From positions 103,230,001-103,294,000 of the forward strand of contig OZ024742.1 in assembly GCA_964016885.1 (NCBI GenBank): 64,000 nucleotides of DNA, written 5' to 3'. This DNA is from Eledone cirrhosa (taxonomy: Eukaryota). Made by a program: the position numbers and the translations under genes. Under the pieces are notes generated by a model. The model searched no databases. It was not told the origin of the DNA and saw only the letters and a list, made by a program, of their open reading frames with translations. How positions within the stretch are numbered: the stretch's first letter is position 1; each line of letters starts with the position of its first letter. Shown here piece by piece: positions 43,080 to 56,046 of this stretch.

Positions 43080-45501
43080 ATGACTATGTGTGTTTGTCTG
43101 GGTGCGCGTGTGACTGTGTATGTGTGTGACTGGGTGTTGGTGTATGAGACTGTATGTGCATGTGTGTGACTGTGTATATGTATGTATGTATGTATGTATA
43201 TGTGTGTGTATGTAACTATGTATGTTTGTCAGGGCATTCTTCTAGGAGAAGGCAACTCAGGAAACTGGGATAACTCCGATATAAAACCTGCGGCTCAGTA
43301 GTTACCGATGATGTTGATCTTTTCTTCTTTTCGGGTTATAGCTACTGTCGCTCAGAGAGTGGGATTGGCTCAGTGCACAGTCTTTCCTAATTTTTAAAAA
43401 TATCTTCACGCACAGGCATTGCTCGATAGAATTAATTAATAATTATTAATAATGGTATATCGTGCTATGACCATACTCGATAACGAGGGAGCAGCCATCA
43501 TGTATGTATGTATGTATGTATGTATGTATGTATGTATGTATGTATGTATGTATGTATGTATGTATGTATGTATGCATGTATGTATGTATAAGCGTGTCTG
43601 TGTCTCTGTGTATTTATGTCTAGTACATTAACGGATCGATAATACAGAAATTCATAGAATAAGTACTAGACTTGAAGAACATGTACTGGCATCGATATGA
43701 TCGACTAAATCAAGGGGATGTCCCAGCATAGCCGCACAATACCGTCCGAAACAATTTCAATTGTGCTGTAATCAATAAAAGCTGTGTCATATTGCTCGAT
43801 AGAATTAATTAATAATTGTTAATAATGGTATATCGTGCAATGGCCATACTCGATAACGAGGGGTCAGCCATCATCATCATGTATGTATATATCATACATG
43901 TGATATTTGGACACCCTGCCGTATGAAATGCAAGAACTGGCGAGTGAAAGGCCGTCAGTTGTTGTCATAACACCTTTCTAAGAGAGGGAAACTCTGAAAA
44001 AAAGCTGCGGCTTCGGAAGCATCCGATGATGTTGACCAGTTCTCCTTTTCGGGAAGTGTTTTCAATGCTCAGAGAGTGGGATTAGTCGAGTACAAGGCCT
44101 TTCCCCACTTAAAAAACCTTCAAATCACAAGCATTGCTTGTTCAGGATATGTTAGAGGTTTGTGTGGCTGGCTGTAGCCTAAAAGTGCACCAAACTCTAT
44201 AATCTGACAAGCGATTGCAATACTCTTAGCAGAGTTTGCAGCCATCATGTATGTATATGTATATATATGGATGGATGGATAACCACCCACAACACCACTC
44301 AACAAAGATCTGGCGAAACAAAGTGTTTAGAACTAATTCCGGACTAGAAAAACACATGGTGGTACATAAAGATTGTGTCTCACAGGGTGACCCCACCGGT
44401 CCTGTGGAAAGCACAACTCTCTTCTGACACATGTGTCGTAAACCATGCAGATCTACAGCTGGCCTACAAAGTCAACTCCGAAGTCATGGACGCAGATGGG
44501 ATGATAACGAAGAATCAATAAGTGACGACAATCGTCTGTGAGTACGCTGCAATCCTCATGTATGTATGTATGTATGTATGTATGTATGTATGTATGTATG
44601 TATGTATGTATGTATGTATGTATGTATGTATGTTTTCTCTTTCTCTTAATTTCGAGTATATTTTTTTGACCGGCCACCTTCCTGGTGGCAAGGTTGTAAA
44701 AGAAAAGAAATTGTCATCCCGTGAATCGCAAGAATGTTTTGCAAATTTTGAAGGTGCCAGCTATCGCAGCCATTTGTAGACTATGAATTAGGGAGCTGCG
44801 CTTTTTGTCCGCAAATCCAAGTTCAGTCATACTTTGGTCCAGGCGGGTTGGTATATAACCCGTAGCATGTATGTATGTATGTATGTATGTATGTATGTAT
44901 GTATGTATGTATGTATGTATGTATGTATGTATGTATGTATGTATGTTTATGTTGGGTCACTCTTGAGTGCTACTGGTAACATGTAACTCAGTACAACCTG
45001 TCAGATGGTCGGGTCGTCGGCGACTAAACCGGCAGTCCCACCAAGTTTAATTGGTGAGGAGGGTGAAAAAACAAAACTTGACAAAGGGTGGAAGATCTCA
45101 TAACAGTCAACGGCCATCCAAAAATGTGTAAATATGTATATACATATGTACATATGTATATGTATATATATATATATATGTATATGCATGTTTGCATATG
45201 TGTGTATGTGCGCGGGGACATAGAAATATTCGGGCTGGACACCCGATCGCGCGGTTAAACCACTGGGAGTGAAGGACCCCCCAGCCTTTGTCAGGGAATT
45301 CTTCTAGGAGAAGGCAACTCAGGAAACTGGGATAACTCCGACATAAAACCTGCGGCTCAGTAGTTACCGATGATGTTGATCTTTTCTTCTTTTCGAGTTA
45401 TAGCTACTGTCGCCCAGAGAGTGGGATTGGCTCAGTGCACAGACTTTCCTCACTTTAAAAAAAATCTTCACGCAGAGGCATTGCTCGATAGAATTAATTA
45501 A

Positions 45502-46032
45502 TCACAACTATAATAAAGGGAGGAGTGCGGGACTGCGTCCCGAATATATATTTTTATCCAGTTAGTAAAATAAGTTAGATTACTTTGAATACATAATGAA
45601 TGAATATTACATAATTTATCTACTAAATTTCGTAGCTGTTGATTAAATATAAATATTCTTATATATAATGATTGTTTATTTTAAGATTCACTTCTTTTAA
45701 AATTTTCAAATGTCTACACTTCCGGTTAGCGTTCATATCATAACACTTATTACATCGCTTATATAAACATCCATATATTTGCATCGTTATATAAGGTTTC
45801 ATTACATTTCACCGTAATGCAGTTTATATATAATATCATCTTTTTTAAATGGAATATTTTACTTACAGAAGAGAGTGTAACACAGTCTCTCTTCAATTTC
45901 TGTGCATATTGTCAATTACGATTTTATTTGATGTACCATATCTACATGCATGTATATTTGCATATAATATAAATATGCACACTACACATGCTAGCAGAAA
46001 ACCACCCACCCTTCGGGTGTTTTTTCTGCTAG
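45502..46032 (+). mobile_element. Non-autonomous Helitron, 531 bp
   Basis: A|TC start; terminal hairpin ctagcagaaaa..cacccacccttcgggtg..ttttctgCTAG|T; no TSD; empty site gaattaattaa^taatt present in paralogous copies near 43429 and 43803. Confidence 0.85.
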
Positions 46033-46792
46033 TAATTATTTATAATGCTATATTGTGCAATGGCCATACTCGATAACGAGGGGGCAGCCATCATGTATCC
46101 ATGTATGTATGTATGTATGTATGTGTGTATGTAGTTGGTGCTACTGGTAACATGTATCCCAGTACAACCTGTCTCATGGTCGGGTCGTTGGCGACTAAAC
46201 TGGCAACCCCACCAAGGTTTCTTGGTGAGGAGGGTGACTTTGGACATCCTGCAGGACTAAAAACAAAACCTGTCAAAGGGCAAAGGAGCTCTTAAGAGTC
46301 AATGGCCATCCAAAATCACCGCGAGAGATGACCCCTTAGCCTTTGTCAAGGCAGAATTCTAGGAGAAGGAAAACTCTGATATAACACCTGCAACCCTGAT
46401 GGTATCCAATGATGTTGACTTGTTCTTCTTTTTGGTAAATATTATCTTGGTTAAGAGAGTGGGACTGGCTTTGTGCAGTGCCTTTGCTCACTATAAAAGC
46501 TTCACGGCACAGGCATTGCTTTATATCTGGAGATCTCTCTGCACTTGTCACATGGTACCATGGGCCCAGCTCTATGTGTCAATAATTGTCACAAGTGTAA
46601 TGTTTGTACCAGAGTTTTCAAGTCACTGGCTGGACTAAAAAGCCACACTTTTCAGCGTATCGGTAGGGGTGCTCCTACATGGATATAAAGTAGTGGCCGT
46701 ACTCGAAAACGAGTTGGCAACCACCATGTATGTATGTATGTATGTATGTATGTATGTATGTATGTATGTATGTATGTATGTATGTATGTATG

Positions 46793-47232
46793 GTAATAAA
46801 TGGAGAAAGACTGTATATGAGGGAAAAGTTGCCTTTGAGGCATCTCGAATCGCATACGAGAAAGTAAAGCGGGATGTGAGGAAGGGCATTGCTGTTGCAC
46901 TTCCAGACGGCGAGGGTCCTCCTATGGTGCTGACATGCAGCGTATGTGCGAGACTCTGCCTAAGCAAAGCTGGACTCGAAAGTCATCTTCGCAGTCATAA
47001 AGTAAGACCAGTGGTTGACTACCAGGCTGCTGTTGGAGATGTTACTCATCATGCTTGCCAAACATGTGGTAGAGAATGTAAATCAGCAGGAGGACTCAAG
47101 CGACATGCAAAAGTACACGAACTCCAACCACAGCCGACTATTCCCAGTGAATGTTTTGGTTGCCGACTCTGTGCAAGACATTTTAGATCATTGGCTGGGC
47201 TAAAAAGCCACATTCGATTGCAGCGCTGTTAG
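46793..47232 (+). pseudogene. C-terminal fragment of an RTE-type LINE ORF with three C2H2 zinc fingers
   Basis: KWRKTVYEGKVAFEASR..KRDVRK is an RTE-like C-terminus (compare 59962-60309); CSVC..GLESHLRSH, CQTC..GLKRHAKVH, CRLC..GLKSHIRLQ; the ORF start lies in (TATG)n and is spurious. Confidence 0.75.
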
Positions 47233-47394
47233 TTGCTATCGTGTTTGTGTGTGTATAGATATGCTTATGTGTGTGCGTGTGTGTGTATATATATATATGT
47301 ATATGTATATTATTATTGTTGTTGTCGTTGTTATTGTTGTTGTTATTGTTATTATTATTATTATTGTTATTAATGTATGTGTGTGTATATGTGT

Positions 47395-47434
<40 letters not shown>

Positions 47435-47437
47435 ATG

Positions 47438-47474
<37 letters not shown>

Positions 47475-47607
47475 TTTTATTTTTTTTATTTTTTTATTTT
47501 ATTTTTATTTATTTATTATTATTATTATTATATTTTTTTTCTTTCTCCTCGTGCAATGGCCATACTCGATAACGAGGGGGCAGCCATCATGTATATATGT
47601 ATGTATG

Positions 47608-47641
<34 letters not shown>

Positions 47642-47884
47642 TGTATGTGAGTGTAACTGTGTTCTGCTCAGACTTTTGCCACTATTTACGGTGGTTTACT
47701 CACTCCTCAAGGAAATGAACGGCAATGTCTTACAATAAACGATGTCAAAGAAAAAAACAGAACTAAAATACAACAAACTTTGAATAAACCGCTTTCAATG
47801 TCGACTAATATTTATTGATCGTCTGCTTTGAATGAGCTGTGTATTGTAATGAGAGACTGTGTTGAGTGATAGATAGATGATAGT

Positions 47885-48407
47885 GTGGGAGGGAGAGAGA
47901 GAGAGAGAGAGAGAGAGTGAGAGAGAGAGTAAGGGAGAGGGGTAGAGGGAGAGAGGGAGAGAGAGAGAGTGGAAAGTGCGTGAGTGCGTGTGTGCGTGTG
48001 TGTGAGAGACAGATCGATTGTGTGTGTGTGCGCACGTATGCGATAGACAGTTGGATTGTGTGTGTGTGTGATAGACGGATTTTGAGTGTGTGTGATAAAC
48101 AGAGGGATTGTGCGCGTGTGTGTATGAGTGTGTGTGTGTGATATAGGGATTGTGTGTGTGTGATAGACAGAGGGATTTTGTGTGAGTGAGAGAGAAAGAA
48201 TGAGAGAGAAAGAGAGAGAGAGAGTGAGAGAGAAAGAACGAGAGAGAAAGAAAGAGAAAGAACGAGAGAGAAAGAACGAGAGAGAGTGAGAGAGAAAGAA
48301 CGAGAGAGAAAGAGAGAGAGAGAGAATGAGAGAGAAAGAATGAGAGAGAGAGAGAGTGAGAGAGAAAGAACGAGAGAGAGAGAGAGTGAGAGAGAAAGAA
48401 CGAGAGA

Positions 48408-48440
<33 letters not shown>

Positions 48441-48525
48441 TGAGAGAAAGAACGAGAGAGAGAGAGAGAGTGAGAGAGAAAGAACGAGAGAGAAAGAGGG
48501 AGACAGAGAGTGAGAGAGAAAGAAC

Positions 48526-48599
<74 letters not shown>

Positions 48600-49325
48600 G
48601 AGAGAGAGAGAGAGAAAGAACGAGAGAGAGAGAGAGAGAGAGAGTGAGAGAGAAAGAACGAGAGAGAGAGAGTGAGAGAGACAGAATGAGAGAGACAGAA
48701 AGAGAGAGTATGTGCTCATGTGTGTGCTTGTGTGTGATAGGATTGTGTATATGTGTGTGTAAAAGGTAGAAAGTGCGAGAGAGAGAGTGATAGATAGTGT
48801 GAGAGACAGAATGATATACAGATTGATTGTGTGTGTGTGTGTGTGAAAGAGAGAGAGAAGAGAAGTTGGATAGATAGAGAGGGAGAGTTAGAGAGAAAGA
48901 AAGTGAGTGGAAGGGAGATTGTGTTAAAGATAAGGAGAAACAGAGTGATAGACAGATAGGTTGAGTGAGTGAGGGGAGAGAGAGTGATAGACTGATAGGT
49001 TGAGTGAGTGAGGGGGGAGAGAGTGATAGACTGATAGGTTGAGTGAGTGAGAGGGGGAGAGAGTGATAGACTGATAGGTTGAGTGAGTGAGGGGGGAGAG
49101 AGTGATAGACTGATAGGTTGAGTGAGTGAGGGGGGAGAGAGTGATAGACAGATAGGTTGAGTGAGTGAAGGGGGAGAGAGTGAGAGACTAATAGGTTGAG
49201 TGTGAGATACAGGGTGGAGTGATAGGGAGTTGTGTAAGGGAATAGAGTGCTAGACAGAGAGTGAGAGAGTGAAAGAGTAATGGATTGTGTCTGTGAGAGG
49301 AATTAGAGTGATAGAGAGAATGTGC

Positions 49326-49403
<78 letters not shown>

Positions 49404-49457
49404 GGAGGAGAGAGGGAGTAATTAAGATTGTGAAAGAGAGAGTGATAGAAAGATTGT

Positions 49458-49493
<36 letters not shown>

Positions 49494-49637
49494 GAGAGAG
49501 AGAGAGGAGAGAGAGAGAGGAGTGAGAGGAGTATGAGAGAGAGTGATAGACAGATAGTGTGTGAGAGATTGTGTGTGAGATAGAGAGAGTGATAGAGTTT
49601 GTATGTAAGAGAGGGTTATAGAGTGATGGGGAGAGAA

Positions 49638-49674
<37 letters not shown>

Positions 49675-49814
49675 GAGAGAGATGAGAGAGAGAGAGAGAG
49701 AGAGAGAGAGTAGTGAGAGAGAGTGATAGTGAGAGAGAGAGATGATTGTGTGAAGACTTGAAATGATGAGAATGAGCAGTGAAGGAGGGAAACAACGATA
49801 ATGAGAAAGAGAAG

Positions 49815-49863
<49 letters not shown>

Positions 49864-49890
49864 AGAGAGCAAAGAGTAAGAGAGTAAGAA
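47885..49890. repeat. (GA)n/(GT)n-rich tract including a minisatellite of about 39 bp at 48943-49200
   Basis: Seen directly; unit gagtgatagactgataggttgagtgagtgagggggga(ga). Confidence 0.95.
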
Positions 49891-50304
49891 AGTGAGAGGG
49901 AGTGAGAGGCAATCAATGATCGATGAAATGTGTGGGTGTATGTAGGTGTAATAGAGTAAATCTGACCTGAATCGTTGAAATAATTGTAGCGATTGGTGGG
50001 AATACGACCAATCGTGTGAACGAGTTTTTTCACCAGGCACCTGACTTAATTAACAAAATGAAAGTTGTAAAGAAGATTCTGTATCACAAATGACACCACA
50101 ACGTCAATATATGTTTGAGAATCAAATCAAATGCTGCAAAAATTGTCGACCCTCACACTTCCCACCCCAAAAAAAGAAGCTATTAACAGTTGTTCACTGG
50201 TTCGATTCTCAGTCTTAGTTTCAGTTTCAAGTCACTCAGTATATGAATTTCTAAGGCACAAGGCCAGCAAATTGGGGGGGGGGGGGAATTCCTGTATATT
50301 GACC

Positions 50305-50504
50305 NNNNNNNNNNNNNNNNNNNNNNNNNNNNNNNNNNNNNNNNNNNNNNNNNNNNNNNNNNNNNNNNNNNNNNNNNNNNNNNNNNNNNNNNNNNNNNNN
50401 NNNNNNNNNNNNNNNNNNNNNNNNNNNNNNNNNNNNNNNNNNNNNNNNNNNNNNNNNNNNNNNNNNNNNNNNNNNNNNNNNNNNNNNNNNNNNNNNNNNN
50501 NNNN
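50305..50504. other. Assembly gap (200 N)
   Basis: Run of N. Confidence 1.
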
Positions 50505-50531
50505 ATATTGACCAAGTACATTATACATAAA

Positions 50532-50727
50532 TATAAGAGAGTCACTGAAAAGTTCATAGAGTGTCCAGACACTCTCATGGAATGACCAAATGAGGTTTAT
50601 TTTCAACATAGTCTCAGGAAAGAAACAATGCAGTTATTAATAAAAAGAGTTGAAATGAATGCATGTAAGATTTCACAGCTCCAGCATTACTCTTCATAGT
50701 CAGCCTATGACTTTTCAGCCTACCTTC

Positions 50728-50730
<3 letters not shown>
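50532..50730. mobile_element. Possible mariner-type MITE
   Basis: Imperfect TIRs 'tataagagagtcactgaaaagttcatag' and (reverse complement) 'tatgaaggtaggctgaaaagtcatag', both TA-ended. Confidence 0.45.
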
Positions 50731-50758
<28 letters not shown>

Positions 50759-50776
50759 TGTATGTATGTATGTATG

Positions 50777-51331
50777 TCAGGTCGCTCTTCAGCGCTACTG
50801 GTAACATGTAAGCCAGTACAACCTGTGCATGGTCGGGTCATCGGCAACAAAACCGGCAACCCATCAAGCTTGCTGGTGAGGAGGGTGATTTTGGACACCC
50901 TGCGGGATGAAAAACAAGACCCGTCAAAAGGCAGAGGAACTCAGGAGATTCAACGGCCATCCAATAAAATATATATATATTTTTTTTGTGAAGCAAGAGA
51001 CTCCTAGTCTTCATTAAGGCATCTCTCTACTCTCCAGGAGAAGGTCACTCTGATATAAAACCTGTCACTTCGTTTGCATCCAACGATGTACACCAGTTCT
51101 TCTCTTTTGATAAATACCTCCGATGTTGAGAGAGTGGATTGGCTTCGTGCAAATCCTTTCCTCATTTAAAAAAGCTTCAAGCCAGGCATCGCTTGATATG
51201 TGACATTTTTTTACGATGCATGGCATTGTTGGCCATAGGCAAGTCCCTAGCAGGACAAAAAACCCACGTCTGTGATGCTCATGCTTAAGTATCAAGCGAT
51301 GGCATTATTCGAAATCGCGTTGCAGCCATCC
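50777..51331 (+). mobile_element. RTE-derived bipartite element between two (TATG)n tracts
   Basis: Same 5' module and 3' 'gcagccatc' + (TATG)n as in the 43-47 kb chain. Confidence 0.75.
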
Positions 51332-51461
51332 TGTATGTATGTATGTATGTATGTATGTATGTATGTATGTATGTATGTATGTATGTATGTATGTATGTGT
51401 GTATGTATGTATGTATGTATGTATGTTTGTATGTATGTATGTATGAATATATGTATGTATG

Positions 51462-51495
<34 letters not shown>

Positions 51496-51988
51496 TGTAT
51501 GTATGTATGTATGTATGTATGTATGTATGTATGTGTGTGTATGTATGCGTGTATGAGGTAACCTGTATGTGGTCACTCGACCTGCTTTAAAGAGCAGTGA
51601 AATAACTTTTGAAAAAGAAAGGATATGTATGTTATATGCAGTTTGGTTATGTCTAGAAAACATTTGACTATATGTCAGCTCGGCTAGGCATGACCTATCA
51701 TTAAAAAACAAAAGCCACTTGAAGCAGATCTTTTCAACTAGAAATATTGAAAACATGATTATGATGTAATTTCAGCATGTTTTTTTAACAGCTTTATCTG
51801 AACTTTGGCTGGAACAAAAAAGAAAGAAATTAAGACGAAAACATGAATACTCATGTACTATGTATATTAATTGTTTCTACTTTTGGCACAAGGCCAGCAA
51901 TTACCCAGTGCATTACTGGTACTTTATTTTATCGACCTCGTAAGGATGAAAGGCAACACACATGTACACACATGCATATATACATATG

Positions 51989-52027
<39 letters not shown>

Positions 52028-52052
52028 ACACACATATATATGTGTGTGAGTG

Positions 52053-52085
<33 letters not shown>

Positions 52086-52354
52086 GGAGGGGAAGGAAGA
52101 TATATATATACACACGCAGATGCACACATTATCTGCGTGCTAAAAATATATTTTTGCCTAAAGAATGTAGATTGAAGGAATCGTTTCAGATTCAAGCGTC
52201 TTGCTCTAGAATATTGCAATCAAAGAATTATTACAATAAATATTTTTTACTATAAACTCCGTTATTTTTTACAGGCACTGTGCTAAAAACTTCGTTTTGT
52301 TTGACAGGTACTATATAGTGTATATTATAACGACTGTACTGGGATTTGCTATCC

Positions 52355-52410
52355 ATTGGTCACACATAATTGGTCACACATAATTGGTCACACATAATTG
52401 GTCACACATA
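52355..52410. repeat. 14-bp tandem repeat x4 (attggtcacacata)
   Basis: Seen directly. Confidence 0.9.
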
Positions 52411-52599
52411 ATCTCACAAAATCGTTCTAAGATTTTCAATTCAAATTCACATATACACACACACATAGACTCACACAAACACATACCAATAATCAAATGC
52501 AAACATAGATACGAAAACACAAACACAAGCAAGCACACACAGATTATATGCGTATATAAATATAAGTATGTGCGTACGCATATATATATATATACAAAT

Positions 52600-53470
52600 A
52601 AAATACAAATAAAATATAGAGTTATTAACTCATATTGATACCCTGCAATTAACAAGCTCAAAGTATAAATACTGAGCATTTTAATAATAATATATGTAGA
52701 AATAAACATAGTAAATTCTGCGTCTAAAATTAGGAGGGTAGATTATACTACAAATGTTTTATATATTTAAACTGCAGAATACAGTAAGATATAAGATGTC
52801 CTATACATACCGTATGAATAACTATTTCATCTCTCGGACAGACCAAAGATTTAATCTGTTTCGCCCTGAAAATTGTGTTTGTAACAAATAATCCTTAGGC
52901 ATTTCATCTGCGAGAGATTAGATTAAATGAAACAAAACACATCTAACAAGAAACTCACGGAAGTAAATAATGTATCTCCTGGGTTGAAAGCTATACGTGG
53001 TGTGAGTGGTTATACTAGAAATAATAGCCTAATTACACTCATCTTATAAGCTCACCAGATAGGGAGCCGAAATACAAATAAAATATAGTTATTAACTCAT
53101 ATAATTTTGTTTCTACTTTTGGCACAAGGCCAGCAATTACCCAGTGCATTACTGGTACTTTATTTTATCGACCCCGTAAGGATGAAAGGCAAAGTTAACC
53201 CCAGCGAGTTATTAACTCATATACTGCTCAGTATTTATACTTTGAGCTTGTTAATTGCAGCGTTAATAACTCTATATTTTATTTGTATTTCGGCTCCTAT
53301 CTGGTGAGCTTAGAAGATGAGTGTAATTAGGCTATTATTTCTAGCATAACCAATCTTGTATCTTACTGTATGCTTCAGTTTAAATATATAAAACATTTGT
53401 GGTAAAATCTACCCTCGTAATTTTAGACGCAGAATTTATTGTATTTATTTCTACATATATTAATATTATA
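52600..53470. repeat. Complex inverted duplication with a truncated SINE (about 53104-53205) near its centre
   Basis: Blocks 52643-52797 and 53008-53097 reappear reverse-complemented in 53226-53465; agttattaactcatata flanks the SINE. Confidence 0.8.
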
Positions 53471-53505
53471 TATATATAAGTATGTATACGTACATACATA
53501 TATGT

Positions 53506-53709
53506 ATACAGACGTACAGTAGTATGTATATATATACATACATGCACACATATATATATGTACGTATGGATTTACCGAGCATTTATTATAATGCTCGGTG
53601 TGTTTGTTTCCAAACACACCGAGCATTATAATAAATACTCGGTAAATCCATACGTACATATATATGTGTGCATGTATGTATATATATACATACTACTGTA
53701 CGTCTGTAT
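53506..53709. repeat. Fold-back with arms of about 100 bp and a 4-nt loop
   Basis: Centre caaacacaccgagc / gctcggtgtgtttg with loop tttc; the arm sequence recurs at 61102-61213. Confidence 0.9.
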
Positions 53710-53731
53710 GTATATATATATATATATATAT

Positions 53732-54165
53732 AAGGAGACAGAGGAGTTGATGCAGGAGGTGGAGACTGTATGGATGGGTGTGGGGCTGAGAATGAATGAG
53801 AGTAAGACTAAGTATCTGGTAGAGAACATTAAGAAGACGAAGTATCTGGTAGAGAACTTTAAGAAGCCAGAGCAGATTATGAATGTAAGCAGGAAGCCGC
53901 TAGAGTTGGTTGAGGACTTCCTGTATCTGGGAGCAACGATTGAGAACACAGAGGAGACTGAGGTTAGCTGGACATGCTCACCGACATTCAGAGTTGACAC
54001 TGCACTCAGTTCTCCTGTGAGGGCCCCTACACGGACACAATAGAAGAGGGGGACCAAGGACAGACACTGGTCTCTGGGAGACGCAGGACATGGCGGCAAT
54101 GATGAAGGTCAAAGACCGTTGGAGAGAACTTATCCATGGATCTCGGGAATTTTACCTGCCCTAGA
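53732..54165 (+). mobile_element. Internally deleted RTE-like LINE fragment
   Basis: GLRMNESKTKYL...LELVEDFLYLGATI is the post-YADD region of non-LTR RTs. Confidence 0.7.
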
Positions 54166-54174
54166 TAGATATAT

Positions 54175-54260
54175 AAATAAATTAGACAATTATCAAAGTT
54201 GTGTTCAAATGAAGCTATTAAATGATTTCAACACAACTTTGATAATTGTCTAATTTATTT
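54175..54260. repeat. Short fold-back (36-bp arms)
   Basis: aaataaattagacaattatcaaagttgtgtt.aaat and its reverse complement. Confidence 0.85.
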
Positions 54261-54589
54261 TCCTGCTCTGTAAAACAACTGATGTTCTTACATTGAGCTA
54301 TTTCTCTTACTAGTAATAAGGTAGTAGAAATTACTGACCTTTCCTGTTTATAGTTGTTTATAGTATATACATAACTATAAATAGTATTATTATTATGATA
54401 TATAATATGTATTATTTATGTTCATACACATAACAAAAGTGCTACCTAAGGTTTCAAGGCCCAATATTTACCATATCTACTGAATATATGAGGGACTAAA
54501 TTCAGGTGCTTAGAGCAATGACCCTCTTCAGAATGACCATGGGATTTACACCTAGAAAATTCCTCTCCGGGGCATAAGTCTAGGCAAGG

Positions 54590-54830
54590 TTGTTTGTAGA
54601 AGACCAGCAGTCACCCATGCATACCACTCCCCCCTCTCCACGCCACCGATGTTGTCCAAAGGAAAGCTATGGCCGATAAAGCTTGACACCAGTGACGTCG
54701 CAACTCATTTCTACAGCTGAGTGAACTGGAGCAGCGTGAAATGAAGTGTCTTGCACAAGGACACAACGCAAAGCCCGGAGCGAAAATCGAACTCACAACC
54801 TCACGATTGTAAGCCCGACCCCACTAAGCT
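54590..54830 (-). mobile_element. tRNA-derived SINE (second family)
   Basis: Minus strand has B-box GAGTTCGATT followed by gtgtccttgtgcaagacacttcattt. Confidence 0.7.
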
Positions 54831-54849
54831 ATATCTATATCTATCTATC

Positions 54850-54921
<72 letters not shown>

Positions 54922-55194
54922 ATAAAATGGAATAAAACAGGAAATGAAGTGTAAAACTATCCCGTGAACTATAATGATGTAATGATGACATTTTGTTTAA
55001 TATATCCATTTTAACATACTACCAGTGATTACTCATGTCTCTTTTGCTTGTCGATTGGTTTTCTAGAATCGATTTCCGGTCGTTTGAAAGAAAGCAAAAC
55101 TTCCAAAAATGGCCACAACAAACTCGGCATGTTCTTAAACACTGTGCTGCGTTTGCTAACTGCATGTACAGAGCTAGTAGATAGATTTCGATCT

Positions 55195-55320
55195 GGATGC
55201 TGATTGGTGGAAAACCGTCATCACCAACAATGACGTCATATATTTTTGTGGGGTGATTCCCCGTTTTTTCTTTTTATTCAATGACTCATCACAACAAACA
55301 GAGCGGGAGATGATGTCAGG
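55195..55320. promoter_or_regulatory. Candidate cis-regulatory motif cluster
   Basis: CCAAT (ctgattgg, 55200), CRE TGACGTCA (55231), kB-like GGGGTGATTCCCC (55250), AP-1 TGACTCA (55282) and TGATGTCA (55311) within about 120 bp of unique sequence. Confidence 0.4.
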
Positions 55321-55398
55321 AACGAAAACGAAGACAGGCAGGCATACACATACACACAGACACAGACGCGTACACAGACATATACGCAGGCTTATGTA

Positions 55399-55493
<95 letters not shown>

Positions 55494-55531
55494 ATATATG
55501 TATATGTGTGTGTATATATATATATATACAT

Positions 55532-55570
<39 letters not shown>

Positions 55571-55611
55571 CACATATATATATACATATACATATATATA
55601 TATACATATAC

Positions 55612-55672
<61 letters not shown>

Positions 55673-55701
55673 CATATATATATACACACACACACACACA
55701 C

Positions 55702-55753
<52 letters not shown>

Positions 55754-55995
55754 TTATATACACTACTAACACACACGAGATATATATGTACATACACACA
55801 CACACATGCACACACAAACACACATTCAAATAAATATATACAGCTATATAATCACTATTCAACAGATGTCCATAATAGGCAAATGGCCCCGGAATTATTT
55901 TAATATACCGTAAAGGGATCGAATGACTAATATTGTTCCATTGTCTCATTGTTTGTGTCAGCTGACGAATGTTGACTGACGCAATTCTAAGTTTT

Positions 55996-56046
<51 letters not shown>

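Larger units (their letters stand above)
43228..47650 (+). mobile_element. Chain of co-oriented RTE-derived fragments and bipartite non-autonomous elements joined through (TATG)n tails
   Basis: Repeated 5' module (gctactggtaacatgta...ggtcgggtc...ctaggagaagg.aactc) and 3' module (tggccatactcgataacgagggggcagccatc + (ATGT)n) ending near 43500, 43870, 46092, 46726 and 47590. Confidence 0.75.

Noticed and set aside
46669-47232. Host C2H2 zinc-finger gene
   Set aside because: N-terminus is (TATG)n, the preceding residues are an RTE-like C-terminus, there are no TGEKP linkers, and the family 3' terminus follows downstream.
47805-50040. SL/RE-repeat ORFs
   Set aside because: (GA)n tracts.
54490-54532. 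Minus-strand hammerhead-like CTGAAGA...GAAT-TTAG-TC
   Set aside because: Core and stem III are mutated and stem I does not pair; at most a relic. The same applies to relics near 27545-27600 and 60752-60777.
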